64,000 bases of DNA, taken from the IMG/VR virus record IMGVR_UViG_3300000117_000011, positions 1 to 64,000 of that record; one strand, given 5' to 3'. This stretch comes from a virus. The translations under genes were made by a program, and so were the position numbers. Under the pieces are notes generated by a model that worked only from the letters and a program-made list of their open reading frames with translations, did no database searches and had not been told where the DNA came from. Of this stretch, positions 55,180 to 64,000 are shown piece by piece (position 1 is the stretch's first letter; the number at the start of each line of letters is the position of its first letter).

Positions 55180-57806
55180 TGCCAAAAATAAGACAAAAAG
55201 AACATTTAAAAATTGACGGTGAATACAGAAAAAAGTCAGGTATTTTAACAAGATCATTAAAAAATGCAATTACAAAAAACATAAATAGCAAATCTTTCTT
55301 TAAAGAAAACAATTTACATAATAGTCGTCAAATAGAATATAACGCTATACCTTTTAATGATAACAACACACCTCTTTTCATAGAAAAACTAGTCAATCCT
55401 GTTATTCCGATAGAAGATGAACTTAAGTCTAGAAGCAGTATATTACATACTCCAAATGAGTTTGATACAACATTTAAAATTCAAAAGCTAACAAAGTCTA
55501 GATTTTATGACAAAAATTTAGAAACACAATTTTTAAATGAAAGCATAGATTTTCACCCTTATGATGATGCGACTATTGAAAGTAAACTAGACTTAACAGG
55601 TAATAAAGAAAAAATCAATATTAATCTTGAATTTGATGATCCTTGCAGACTTTCTCTTAATAAAACTAACAATAACTCTGTAACATTAAATAGTCAAACT
55701 TTTATTGCTGATAATTGTCCTGTTGTTTATTATAATTTTGAAGACAAGAAGTGGGATTATCTAGGTAAACCTATGCAGGAATACTTTCAGAGTGAAGAAA
55801 ATTTAAAAAAAATACCTTTGGCTTTTAATTCAATATCACCTGAATTTGAAAAAACAAAAATTGAAAATCAAACTTTAGGCATACCTATCAATACTTTTGG
55901 TTTTCCTTTTGACAGTAGATATAGAGCTATGAATAGACATTTGCTAAAAATGAAAAGTTATATATCAAAGCCTTTTGTAGTCGAAAAAATAAAAATTAAA
56001 TTTATAGGAACAAATCTTGCAGAAGTCGAAGACAACTTAAATCATTCAATTTTGAATTCTTTAAACTTTTTTGTATTGAATCAAAGAAAAAACTTAAATG
56101 AAAATTCATTTACAAACCTAAACTTAGAAAGTGGTACATATAAAAAAGCAGTAGCCTCTAATGTTAATTCTGGATTTAATATTGTAGAATCTAATGTCGA
56201 TTATAAAATTAACGAAATGCCTTTTTTCCACAATAAAGTTAATATTAATAGTTCTAATGAAAGTAACGATATCTATCTAGGCAGCAAGTCTACTATTACT
56301 TACGAAGAAAGTCAGGCCAGTCAAAGAGAACTAGTTGGTTATTTGTCCTTGGTTAATTTTTCATCCGGATCGAACAATACTGATAATATTGATTATGAAG
56401 GCATAAAAAATAATGCAGACTACTTTTACGAAGAACTTACATCGCCTCCAGCAGGATATACAGCAAAGTGCATTTTTAATAAAAAGACTTTAACATTATC
56501 AGGAAAAGTTAGAACTCCTGTGTATTATAACACTTTAGAATCAATAACAGCAGAAAATATTTATCCATACAGTAAGTTTACGAGTAGGACTGGGACTGAA
56601 TATAGTACAGAAAGATCAATAAAGTCTGATTTTAAAAAAGGCATCAATATTGAGACTACACAAGATGACAATGACAAAATAATATCTTTAGGTACGAATA
56701 TTTTTAAAGAAAATCCGTATATTTTAAATCCGACTGATGATATTATTTTTGGTTTTAGTTTTAATCCTAGCATGAAGTTTTTTAATAACTCAAGTTACTC
56801 TAATGACATCTTTATGCTTTTTGAAAATGTTAAGATTACATTAATAGGAAGTTATTACGCAAATAACGAAAGTAAAAAATCGGACGATACTAACTTCAAT
56901 CTAAGTAATTCAAAAAAAGTAAACTTCTATGAAAGCAAAAACACGACTGACAGAGTTGGGTTTAATAATATTTACTTGAATAAAGGTGCCTACTATGACT
57001 CAACAGTAACAGAAATACTGTCAGCAGGATCTTTTGGACAAAACAAAGTGGTTTATGAAGACTTTTACTCAAGTGCAGGAAATGACAATATAAACCCAAA
57101 AAGACTGTTTTTCGCATCAGACTCAGGAACTTTTACAAGCTATAATATTGTAGAAAAAAGTAACGAAGTAATTACTTTGGAAGACAGCAATAATTTAGAA
57201 ACAGTTAACGTAATTTTAGAAGAGTTATTTAGTAATGTTTATTTTAATAAAAAAAATTGCCGTAGCGCAAGGCTAACAGAAGATAAAAAATATGTATTCG
57301 ACATTAGTGACAATTCTCTTGTAGGTTATGATATTAAATTAGGCATATCAAGCGTAAAGACTGATGCGTCTATTTACAACGATCAAGGCGTTAACTACAT
57401 AGGCATAGCAGGTACGTCAGATGCAAAAATAGAAATAGAGCCAAGAGCAATAAGTTCAAGTGAAAACTTAACACTGTTTTTTGTTAATATTAATGCTAGC
57501 AATCAAATTGATTTTCATCTTGAAGCAAGTAGTATAATAATTATTAAGGATTCAATGCCTAGAAATAAGTCAGTCTATAGATATAGAAGTTTTGGGCAAC
57601 CTTTTGATAAGTTATACGAGTATAGATTTTTGCCTTATAATGACATAGATGATAACAACAAGGCGTTTTATACAATTTACAAAAGATTTAAAAATTTGTT
57701 TTTAGAAGAAATTGAAATGCCTACATTGTCATTTAATGTAGATCAATATAGCAGAATTTCTGTTCCTAGTCCATTTTCAGATGATTTTATTGACTTAGCA
57801 ACATAA
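55179..57806 (+). CDS. hypothetical structural protein
   Basis: 875 aa, coupled start (TGATG); Y.Y.SFGQ..D near the C-terminus. Confidence 0.6.
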   Translation: MPKIRQKEHLKIDGEYRKKSGILTRSLKNAITKNINSKSFFKENNLHNSRQIEYNAIPFNDNNTPLFIEKLVNPVIPIEDELKSRSSILHTPNEFDTTFKIQKLTKSRFYDKNLETQFLNESIDFHPYDDATIESKLDLTGNKEKININLEFDDPCRLSLNKTNNNSVTLNSQTFIADNCPVVYYNFEDKKWDYLGKPMQEYFQSEENLKKIPLAFNSISPEFEKTKIENQTLGIPINTFGFPFDSRYRAMNRHLLKMKSYISKPFVVEKIKIKFIGTNLAEVEDNLNHSILNSLNFFVLNQRKNLNENSFTNLNLESGTYKKAVASNVNSGFNIVESNVDYKINEMPFFHNKVNINSSNESNDIYLGSKSTITYEESQASQRELVGYLSLVNFSSGSNNTDNIDYEGIKNNADYFYEELTSPPAGYTAKCIFNKKTLTLSGKVRTPVYYNTLESITAENIYPYSKFTSRTGTEYSTERSIKSDFKKGINIETTQDDNDKIISLGTNIFKENPYILNPTDDIIFGFSFNPSMKFFNNSSYSNDIFMLFENVKITLIGSYYANNESKKSDDTNFNLSNSKKVNFYESKNTTDRVGFNNIYLNKGAYYDSTVTEILSAGSFGQNKVVYEDFYSSAGNDNINPKRLFFASDSGTFTSYNIVEKSNEVITLEDSNNLETVNVILEELFSNVYFNKKNCRSARLTEDKKYVFDISDNSLVGYDIKLGISSVKTDASIYNDQGVNYIGIAGTSDAKIEIEPRAISSSENLTLFFVNINASNQIDFHLEASSIIIIKDSMPRNKSVYRYRSFGQPFDKLYEYRFLPYNDIDDNNKAFYTIYKRFKNLFLEEIEMPTLSFNVDQYSRISVPSPFSDDFIDLAT

Positions 57807-57859
57807 AAGTAAGTTTTAAATAATGATATTTATAAAAGTATTGTAGTTAGGCAAAGTAA

Positions 57860-58870
57860 ATGGCAGGTTTTTTAAACAAAAAAGACAGACTTATCGATTA
57901 TAAACTTACAGAAAATGGTCGAAAGCAATTAGCGTCTGGCGATATAAGATTTAAATATTATACTTTTTCTGATCGTTCTATACATTATGAATCGTCAGTC
58001 CAAGATAACAAGATAATATCAGACTCAGAATTTTATTATTTGCCTTTTGAAGTTTCAACTAATCCAGGTTTAACTAATAACCCAGAATACTACTTGTCAA
58101 ATACTCTTTCTTTTGAAAATACAGAAGATAACATATTCAGACTCAAACAAACTCAAAAAGTATTAGGCAATTCACTTTCTTCACAAAATTATATAAGCAG
58201 AAAAAAAATAACAAATAATTTAGTTTCTGGTAATGGAGAAATTTATTTTGACAATTTAGATTTAAAATCAGAATTTGATTTTGCAAATAATTCTAGTATA
58301 AGACGATATCCAACTATTAAATTTTTTGAAGAAAATATAAGTAATATTGAAAATGTTGAAAACGATAAAAGATTTAGCACACATTTAAAGAATTTAAAGC
58401 TTATTCCAGAAAGTTCTTTAGGACAAAAAATAATTAATGACAATAATGTTGAAATTGTTGAAAGCGGCTTGAACTTTATATATAAAACTTTAGATTTAAA
58501 AAACAACATTGAATTAAATTCCCCTAGAGAAAGTTCAATTACAAAAGCTATTAATGTTCTTAAGAAAAACAAAAATAGATTTTTTTACCTTGAGTATGAA
58601 TTGAATAGTTCTTATTTGTCAAATGATGATATTTTTAATTTTGAAATTCATTCTATAAATGAAGATCAAAGTCTTTCAAAACTTCCAATTGTTAGTCTTG
58701 GTAAATTTTTTGACAAAGACAACAATAAATTTATTAACGTATATTTGATAGGAAAGTTTATCAAAAAAAACGAAATAGAAGAATTTAAAAATTTTGAAAA
58801 CAAGACTTATTATTTTGAAGAAATAAGCAACTATTATTTTATAAACTTATTTACATTGGTAGCAGAGTAA
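57860..58870 (+). CDS. baseplate/tail-associated protein
   Basis: MAGFL...D..LT..GR.QLA.G.....Y.FSD N-terminus typical of myovirus baseplate/fibre-attachment proteins. Confidence 0.55.
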   Translation: MAGFLNKKDRLIDYKLTENGRKQLASGDIRFKYYTFSDRSIHYESSVQDNKIISDSEFYYLPFEVSTNPGLTNNPEYYLSNTLSFENTEDNIFRLKQTQKVLGNSLSSQNYISRKKITNNLVSGNGEIYFDNLDLKSEFDFANNSSIRRYPTIKFFEENISNIENVENDKRFSTHLKNLKLIPESSLGQKIINDNNVEIVESGLNFIYKTLDLKNNIELNSPRESSITKAINVLKKNKNRFFYLEYELNSSYLSNDDIFNFEIHSINEDQSLSKLPIVSLGKFFDKDNNKFINVYLIGKFIKKNEIEEFKNFENKTYYFEEISNYYFINLFTLVAE

Positions 58871-58871
58871 A

Positions 58872-61800
58872 ATGTTAAAAAAAGCAAACAAACAACAAAT
58901 TATTAAAAACATTGATATAGAAAATGCATTTATTGATGAGAGTAGTTTTTATATTCCTGTAACTTTAAATGTTGCTGAAAGCTTGTTTTTTGATATTGAA
59001 AAAATATGCGTTTCAATAATTCCTAAAAACTTTGTGTACAATCATAGCTCGGGTAACAGCCTCGGTGAATTGCAATCACTCAACAAAGGGTTTTCTTTGC
59101 TAGAAAAACCGTTATTCGTTAAAAAGTTTTCTAATAACAATAAGTCTTTAGGAGAAATAGATATTGAACAAGAAAGTTCAAACAACAATATTTTTAAATA
59201 TTTATACTCTAAAAATATTGTCTCTTCAAAAGGGCAAGAAGAGTTTTTAGAGTATCAAACTGCTGTTTTTTTTGATGAACAAGGCGTTTCACAAACTAAA
59301 ACTTTTGTTAATGTTATACCTTTAAGTTTAATAGAAGAAAAAACAGTATCAGTAAATCGTTTCATAGAAGGTGACGATAGACCGCTATTTATATACAGCG
59401 ATATTATTATTAATGTTTATGCAATAAACTCAAAAAAAGAGATTATTGACAACTTTAGTATTGAATCAAAAAAAATAAATGAATATGAAGTAAATACAAA
59501 CGCTGAAGCAGTTAGATTAATAGAAATAGAAAATGCACTTAGTTCTTTTACAAATTCTTTTGATATTTTATTTACACCTTATAACTTTCCAATATCTGAG
59601 AATTATCGGTTAGGTAGCTTAAACGGCATTGACGTTAGTTTTAATAAAGATATTTTAAACGCAATATTTATTGATAGAGGTTTTTCAAATGAAACTGTAC
59701 AAAGGCTTAACATTAATTTGTTTCAAAATGATGTAAATACTTCATATAACTTAACTTCAATAAGAAGTTTTGACTTTTTTAGATTTGGCGAAATAAATTC
59801 TAGACAAGGTAATAATTTTTCAAATTCTCTTATAAATGATTCTAATTTTCAAGTTTTTACTAATAATATATGTGATTATTTAGATATAAACAATTTAAAT
59901 GAAATTGAAATAGATGTAAGTTTTAATCTTGTTTATACAAGTAGCAATATAAACATAACAAAAAGAATTATCGTTAATAAAAATAGTATAAAACACCTCA
60001 AAGAAGACTTTTTAAAATATAAATTTGAAAAAGACTTAGTACAAAAAAAAGTAATTTTTGCAAATCTGAGTAAATTTAGAAACAACACAGTCACTGATGT
60101 ATATAAACTAACTTTGGGCCTCAATTTAGAAAACTATTCTAAATCAGACATTATAGAAAGCGGTATTTCTTTAACATTTGTTAAAAAAGACTACTCAGTA
60201 ATAAACTCTATAGAAACTTTTTTCTTTGATGATGCTCTTACTGAAGGTAATTCTATTGCAATTGATTCATCTAATATTATAAAAAACTACTTCTTAGAAG
60301 AAAATAGATTAGTACTTTATTTTCCCTATACTAGACATTTAGAATATGACGATATTATAGGTTGCTATATTAATTTTTTCAATGAGGGCAGCAGAGAGTC
60401 TCTTAGTATTGGTTTGTTTTCTACCATTACTGTAAATGAAAGTTTAAGAAGTTTAAATACTGAATTGTTAAATATATACGATTTATGTTCTAATTTATTA
60501 ATACGACAGACATCTTTTGTCACAGATTCTTCTGACACTGAATTTTTAAGGGCTGTTTTAAATATTGAAGAAGAATATTATTATAAAATTAACATGACAA
60601 ACTTAATTTCAAATTCTGATCTTAAAAAGATAGGCTATTTTAGTAATGCAGATGATTCAATACAAGAAAAAATAAATCAAATTATCGGTAATGTAATATT
60701 AAAAAGTGAAAAAATATTAAAAATAGACGGCGTTGAAATCAAAGAAAAAGTCTCATATGATTTAATGAGTGATATATATCAAAACTATGAGAATGTAAAT
60801 GGCAAAATCAGTGTTACTCTACAGCAAACAAGCGCAAAAAAGTTATTTGAAAACTTTGACGTAGAAAGAATATTGCTTGGAACAGACTTTTTAGACTTTA
60901 TAAAATCTATTAGGACAGGTCAAAAACCTGTCTATTCAACAGATGATTATGTAACATATACTAATAAAGTAAGTTACATAATAATGAAAGAAGGAACGAT
61001 TGCTAATTTTGGTGAAACAAATAATGTAGCGTCATACAAACAAAATATTATGGACTTTATTATTTCAAGTAATCCTAATTTTAAAGCAACAATAGCAAAT
61101 AGTTTAAAAAATAAACTATACAGTAATTTATATTTTTCTAATAAAGCAAAAGACATAGAAAAAATATTTAATATTTCTGGATTTGAACAAAATAATTTCT
61201 TCAATAAAGAAATGCTAGTAAAAAAGAGCTTGTTCAATACTAATCAAAGTGTAGATGTAATTGAAAATAACAATGTAACGCCAGTTATAAACTTGAATGA
61301 TATTACAAATATGTTATTTGAAAATGCTCAAAAGTGTACTTCTAATATCAAAGCAAACTTATTTAACTCAAAAATTATTTTGCAAAAAATTAAAAAAGGT
61401 AGAGACTTTGTTTTACAAGGGAGTGAAGTTAGTAGATTAATCAACGAATATCAAAATAGCGATAATAGCTTTATACAAAGTGCTTTTTTCTATCCAGAAA
61501 TTGTTTTAGATCCAGAATTTAATTTTAGTAATAACTTAGATTCTGAAGAACTTGTTTTTTTAAAGGACGACGAAAAAGCTTTTATAACTTTTAAAAATAG
61601 AAATGTTTTAAGTGATTATATGAATCAGCTTGCAGTTAGTATTGAAAATGATCAAATTATTGCGAACATAGTTAAAAAAGATATTGATTTTAAAAGATTC
61701 AATAAAGACTATTATTCTTTGATATTGAACTATCTCGAACAAGAAAGAAGACGCGCTTTGCCAAGAAGATCTGAAAGCTTTTTTGGTAGATCTAGATCTA

Positions 61801-62036
61801 GAGAAAGAGTTTTATTAGTAAGCAATATTGTGATAAGAGTCTGTATTGTATACAATATAAATAACTTAAGTTATTTATTAACAAAAAACGTAATAATTGA
61901 TCCAGTTGACAACTTAAAAGCGTATGTTAATTATAATTCTTATAGAAAATCAAAAAGAAAATTAAATATAAACTTTCTTGATTTAGAAAATAATATCTAC
62001 ATGCCTAGTATTTCTTATAAAGGAATGAAAAAATAA
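58872..62036 (+). CDS. large hypothetical (probably structural) protein
   Basis: 1054-aa N/I/S-rich ORF. Confidence 0.6.
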   Translation: MLKKANKQQIIKNIDIENAFIDESSFYIPVTLNVAESLFFDIEKICVSIIPKNFVYNHSSGNSLGELQSLNKGFSLLEKPLFVKKFSNNNKSLGEIDIEQESSNNNIFKYLYSKNIVSSKGQEEFLEYQTAVFFDEQGVSQTKTFVNVIPLSLIEEKTVSVNRFIEGDDRPLFIYSDIIINVYAINSKKEIIDNFSIESKKINEYEVNTNAEAVRLIEIENALSSFTNSFDILFTPYNFPISENYRLGSLNGIDVSFNKDILNAIFIDRGFSNETVQRLNINLFQNDVNTSYNLTSIRSFDFFRFGEINSRQGNNFSNSLINDSNFQVFTNNICDYLDINNLNEIEIDVSFNLVYTSSNINITKRIIVNKNSIKHLKEDFLKYKFEKDLVQKKVIFANLSKFRNNTVTDVYKLTLGLNLENYSKSDIIESGISLTFVKKDYSVINSIETFFFDDALTEGNSIAIDSSNIIKNYFLEENRLVLYFPYTRHLEYDDIIGCYINFFNEGSRESLSIGLFSTITVNESLRSLNTELLNIYDLCSNLLIRQTSFVTDSSDTEFLRAVLNIEEEYYYKINMTNLISNSDLKKIGYFSNADDSIQEKINQIIGNVILKSEKILKIDGVEIKEKVSYDLMSDIYQNYENVNGKISVTLQQTSAKKLFENFDVERILLGTDFLDFIKSIRTGQKPVYSTDDYVTYTNKVSYIIMKEGTIANFGETNNVASYKQNIMDFIISSNPNFKATIANSLKNKLYSNLYFSNKAKDIEKIFNISGFEQNNFFNKEMLVKKSLFNTNQSVDVIENNNVTPVINLNDITNMLFENAQKCTSNIKANLFNSKIILQKIKKGRDFVLQGSEVSRLINEYQNSDNSFIQSAFFYPEIVLDPEFNFSNNLDSEELVFLKDDEKAFITFKNRNVLSDYMNQLAVSIENDQIIANIVKKDIDFKRFNKDYYSLILNYLEQERRRALPRRSESFFGRSRSRERVLLVSNIVIRVCIVYNINNLSYLLTKNVIIDPVDNLKAYVNYNSYRKSKRKLNINFLDLENNIYMPSISYKGMKK

Positions 62037-64000
62037 TGTTAAGATTACAGCAAAAAACCAGTAGTACTTCAAAACAATCTAAGTCAAATCCTGCAGTTAA
62101 CTTTAAAAAAAAATCTCAAAATGAAGAAAGCGAAGATTCAACAACTAGAGAATCTTTACCAAAAGACATATTTAGTGAAACAGAAGATGCAACTTTCAAT
62201 AGTCAGACATCAGCTAATGTGACAAATTCTAACTTTGCTGTTGAAGCAGATTTTCAAAATTCTCCTAATTTTTCGGAAGCTGAAAGTGTTGTTGTTGTTG
62301 TGCCTGGCACAAAAAGCGTAGTACAAGTTCAAACAGGAATACCTGGATTAGATGAGTATACACAAGAAAGTGAAAGCGAAGAAGAATATAGTCTGTACGA
62401 TGCTGCCGCTGCGGCTGGCGTTGCTACTTTGGACGGTATATTACCAGTTTCAGATAGCACTCCTTATAACGTAACAAACTTTAATATTCCCCCAAATTAT
62501 TATAATTATCTTAAATTTGGAGAGGTTTTTAGTCCAACAAGTATTAGTAACATTTTGACGAAATCTTTAAGTTTGAAGCCTGATTTAGAAATAAAAATAC
62601 TTTCACATGAAATTTTAAAAATAAACAATTCTTCTGGTCTAGATTCTAATTTATTGTTTATGTCAAAAAATGACTTGTCACAAAATAAATTTGAAAGTAT
62701 TAGAAATAGTGAAATTAACAAATGTGAATCAATTAATGATAGATTAATTCAATATATTGACGTTTCAAAACATAGCGAATTAGTTAACATAAGTATTGAA
62801 AAGTCAAAAGATATCATAAGTAGTTTAGATAAAATTACGTCTTTTTCAAATAAGCTTGAAAAACAAATTAACTACGGTAATATCGTAGAAGACTTTATTA
62901 TAAACAATAGTAGCGATTATAATGGTAAAATTTTAAATACTATAACAGAAAATAGCAATATTAGCTTGCAAAGCTTTTATATTGGAGAAACGGGTGGATC
63001 TGATGAAAGGTTACTCGATAAGCAAAGCAAGACAGAAATATCTGAATTAACTGTGTCTGATTTGGAAATTTTTTATAAAAACATATCAGGATTTGATTTT
63101 AGAGAAAGAAAAGAAGATACACCATTCAGCATTTTAAATAACATTATTATTAATTCTGATAGCTTGATTGGACAAATGTTTATAAATCAAAGTATTGGAA
63201 TGTATAGTTTATATCCAAATACAGATAACATTCACTTGAGTGATGTTTTAGAAAAAAGAAACAGAATAAATACTAATGCACTCAATAGATTTCCAATAGT
63301 ACAAGTAGCAAACTTAAGTTTAAATTCGAGAATATTTAGTACTAGTAATTTTGAAATTCTTAATATAAAAGGTTCTTCTTTTAACAAAAGTAATATTCCT
63401 TATCAATCATTTGATCCTTATAATGTCTACTTAAGAAACTTTAACTCATATGATTTTATGATTAAAAATGTTAGTGTCGACAAAGATGATGACAATTATT
63501 ATCGAAGAATCAGTGTTGCCGGTAAAAATCCTGCTAGTGATAGGTTTACTATAGCTGGTCGATCGTTGCCTTTTGATAATAATGTATTCAAGATAAATCT
63601 AAAAAGTGCAGACAATACGAAATATACATATGAAACGTTGTATGCAGACGTTAATACTAATTTTAATATCAAGAGTCCGAGTTTCTATATATATCCAGAG
63701 AGGTTTTTTATGTCAGATTTAATTAAGTTTGACAATCAAAACTCTTCAGAAAACGAATTTATGTCTAGTCAGTTACCTAATCAAATTATAGCTTCAAGTA
63801 ATTCTGACAGTGATGTGATAGGTATAATTAAAGACCGGATTCGAAGTTTATTTTTTAACAACTTTACTGGCTCTAATCTTGACTCAAACGAATACGCTCA
63901 AAGGGTTAACCAAGAGTACGTTTTAAAATTAGGTAGTTTTTATACAAACTATATAGAAAATCGTTTAATTACAAACTATTTATACCTATTTAAAAATTCT
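62036..64000 (+). CDS. large hypothetical protein, truncated by the window end
   Basis: TAATG-coupled start (MLRLQQKTSS...); the same frame is open at the end (...RLITNYLYLFKNS). I checked both ends, not every codon. Confidence 0.65.
   Translation, partial: MLRLQQKTSSTSKQSKSNPAVNFKKKSQNEESEDSTTRESLPKDIFSETEDATFNSQTSANVTNSNFAVEADFQNSPNFSEAESVVVVVPGTKSVVQVQTGIPGLDEYTQESESEEEYSLYDAAAAAGVATLDGILPVSDSTPYNVTNFNIPPNYYNYLKFGEVFSPTSISNILTKSLSLKPDLEIKILSHEILKINNSSGLDSNLLFMSKNDLSQNKFESIRNSEINKCESINDRLIQYIDVSKHSELVNISIEKSKDIISSLDKITSFSNKLEKQINYGNIVEDFIINNSSDYNGKILNTITENSNISLQSFYIGETGGSDERLLDKQSKTEISELTVSDLEIFYKNISGFDFRERKEDTPFSILNNIIINSDSLIGQMFINQSIGMYSLYPNTDNIHLSDVLEKRNRINTNALNRFPIVQVANLSLNSRIFSTSNFEILNIKGSSFNKSNIPYQSFDPYNVYLRNFNSYDFMIKNVSVDKDDDNYYRRISVAGKNPASDRFTIAGRSLPFDNNVFKINLKSADNTKYTYETLYADVNTNFNIKSPSFYIYPERFFMSDLIKFDNQNSSENEFMSSQLPNQIIASSNSDSDVIGIIKDRIRSLFFNNFTGSNLDSNEYAQRVNQEYVLKLGSFYTNYIENRLITNYLYLFKNS

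Noticed and set aside
1-64000. Stop-codon reassignment, tRNA genes, introns or inteins
   Set aside because: Coding density is high in the standard code with TAA, TAG and TGA all ending genes; no cloverleaf or splicing motifs recognised by eye.

Overview
This window is a 64-kb segment of a large, AT-rich, myovirus-type (T4-superfamily-like / jumbo) bacteriophage genome read in the standard genetic code. I found no tRNA, rRNA, CRISPR array or integrase. Layout: (1) 1-1400 is a GC-richer, leftward early region. It has four complete copies of an unusual promoter, CGTGTA(A/T)-N17-TATAAT, which drive an acidic protein, two tiny membrane peptides and a possible ncRNA. (2) About 1400-1600 is a repeat- and palindrome-rich strand and composition switch. 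(3) 1650-9955 is an array of unrelated payload proteins that share short N-terminal leaders ending in Glu, resembling capsid-targeting/prohead-protease propeptides. The first cassettes are bracketed by two families of intergenic DNA repeats. Payloads include a PT-TG pre-toxin-like domain, two GNAT-like paralogs and a lysozyme. (4) 9973-19096 holds accessory and regulatory genes: a CodA-like amidohydrolase, a three-gene operon (12-Cys peptide, membrane-anchored class III nucleotidyl cyclase, 2TM protein), a holin-like protein, DinG-like helicase, Nudix hydrolase, degenerate GroEL-like protein, Hc1-like protein, stand-alone sigma region-4 protein and PIN-PhoH. (5) 19107-39191 holds giant tail/fibre genes, in which a ~65-aa domain occurs as a plug-in at filled and empty sites. 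(6) 39250-43942 holds a Cas4-like nuclease, two GT4 glycosyltransferases and a gp55-like late sigma factor. (7) 43952-64000 is a baseplate module (hub-like, gp25-like, gp6-like, LamG wedge and others) running off the window end. The most notable candidates are the leader-plus-payload cassette array, the cyclase operon and the mobile in-frame fibre domain. All functional calls come from motif recognition by eye, not database searches.
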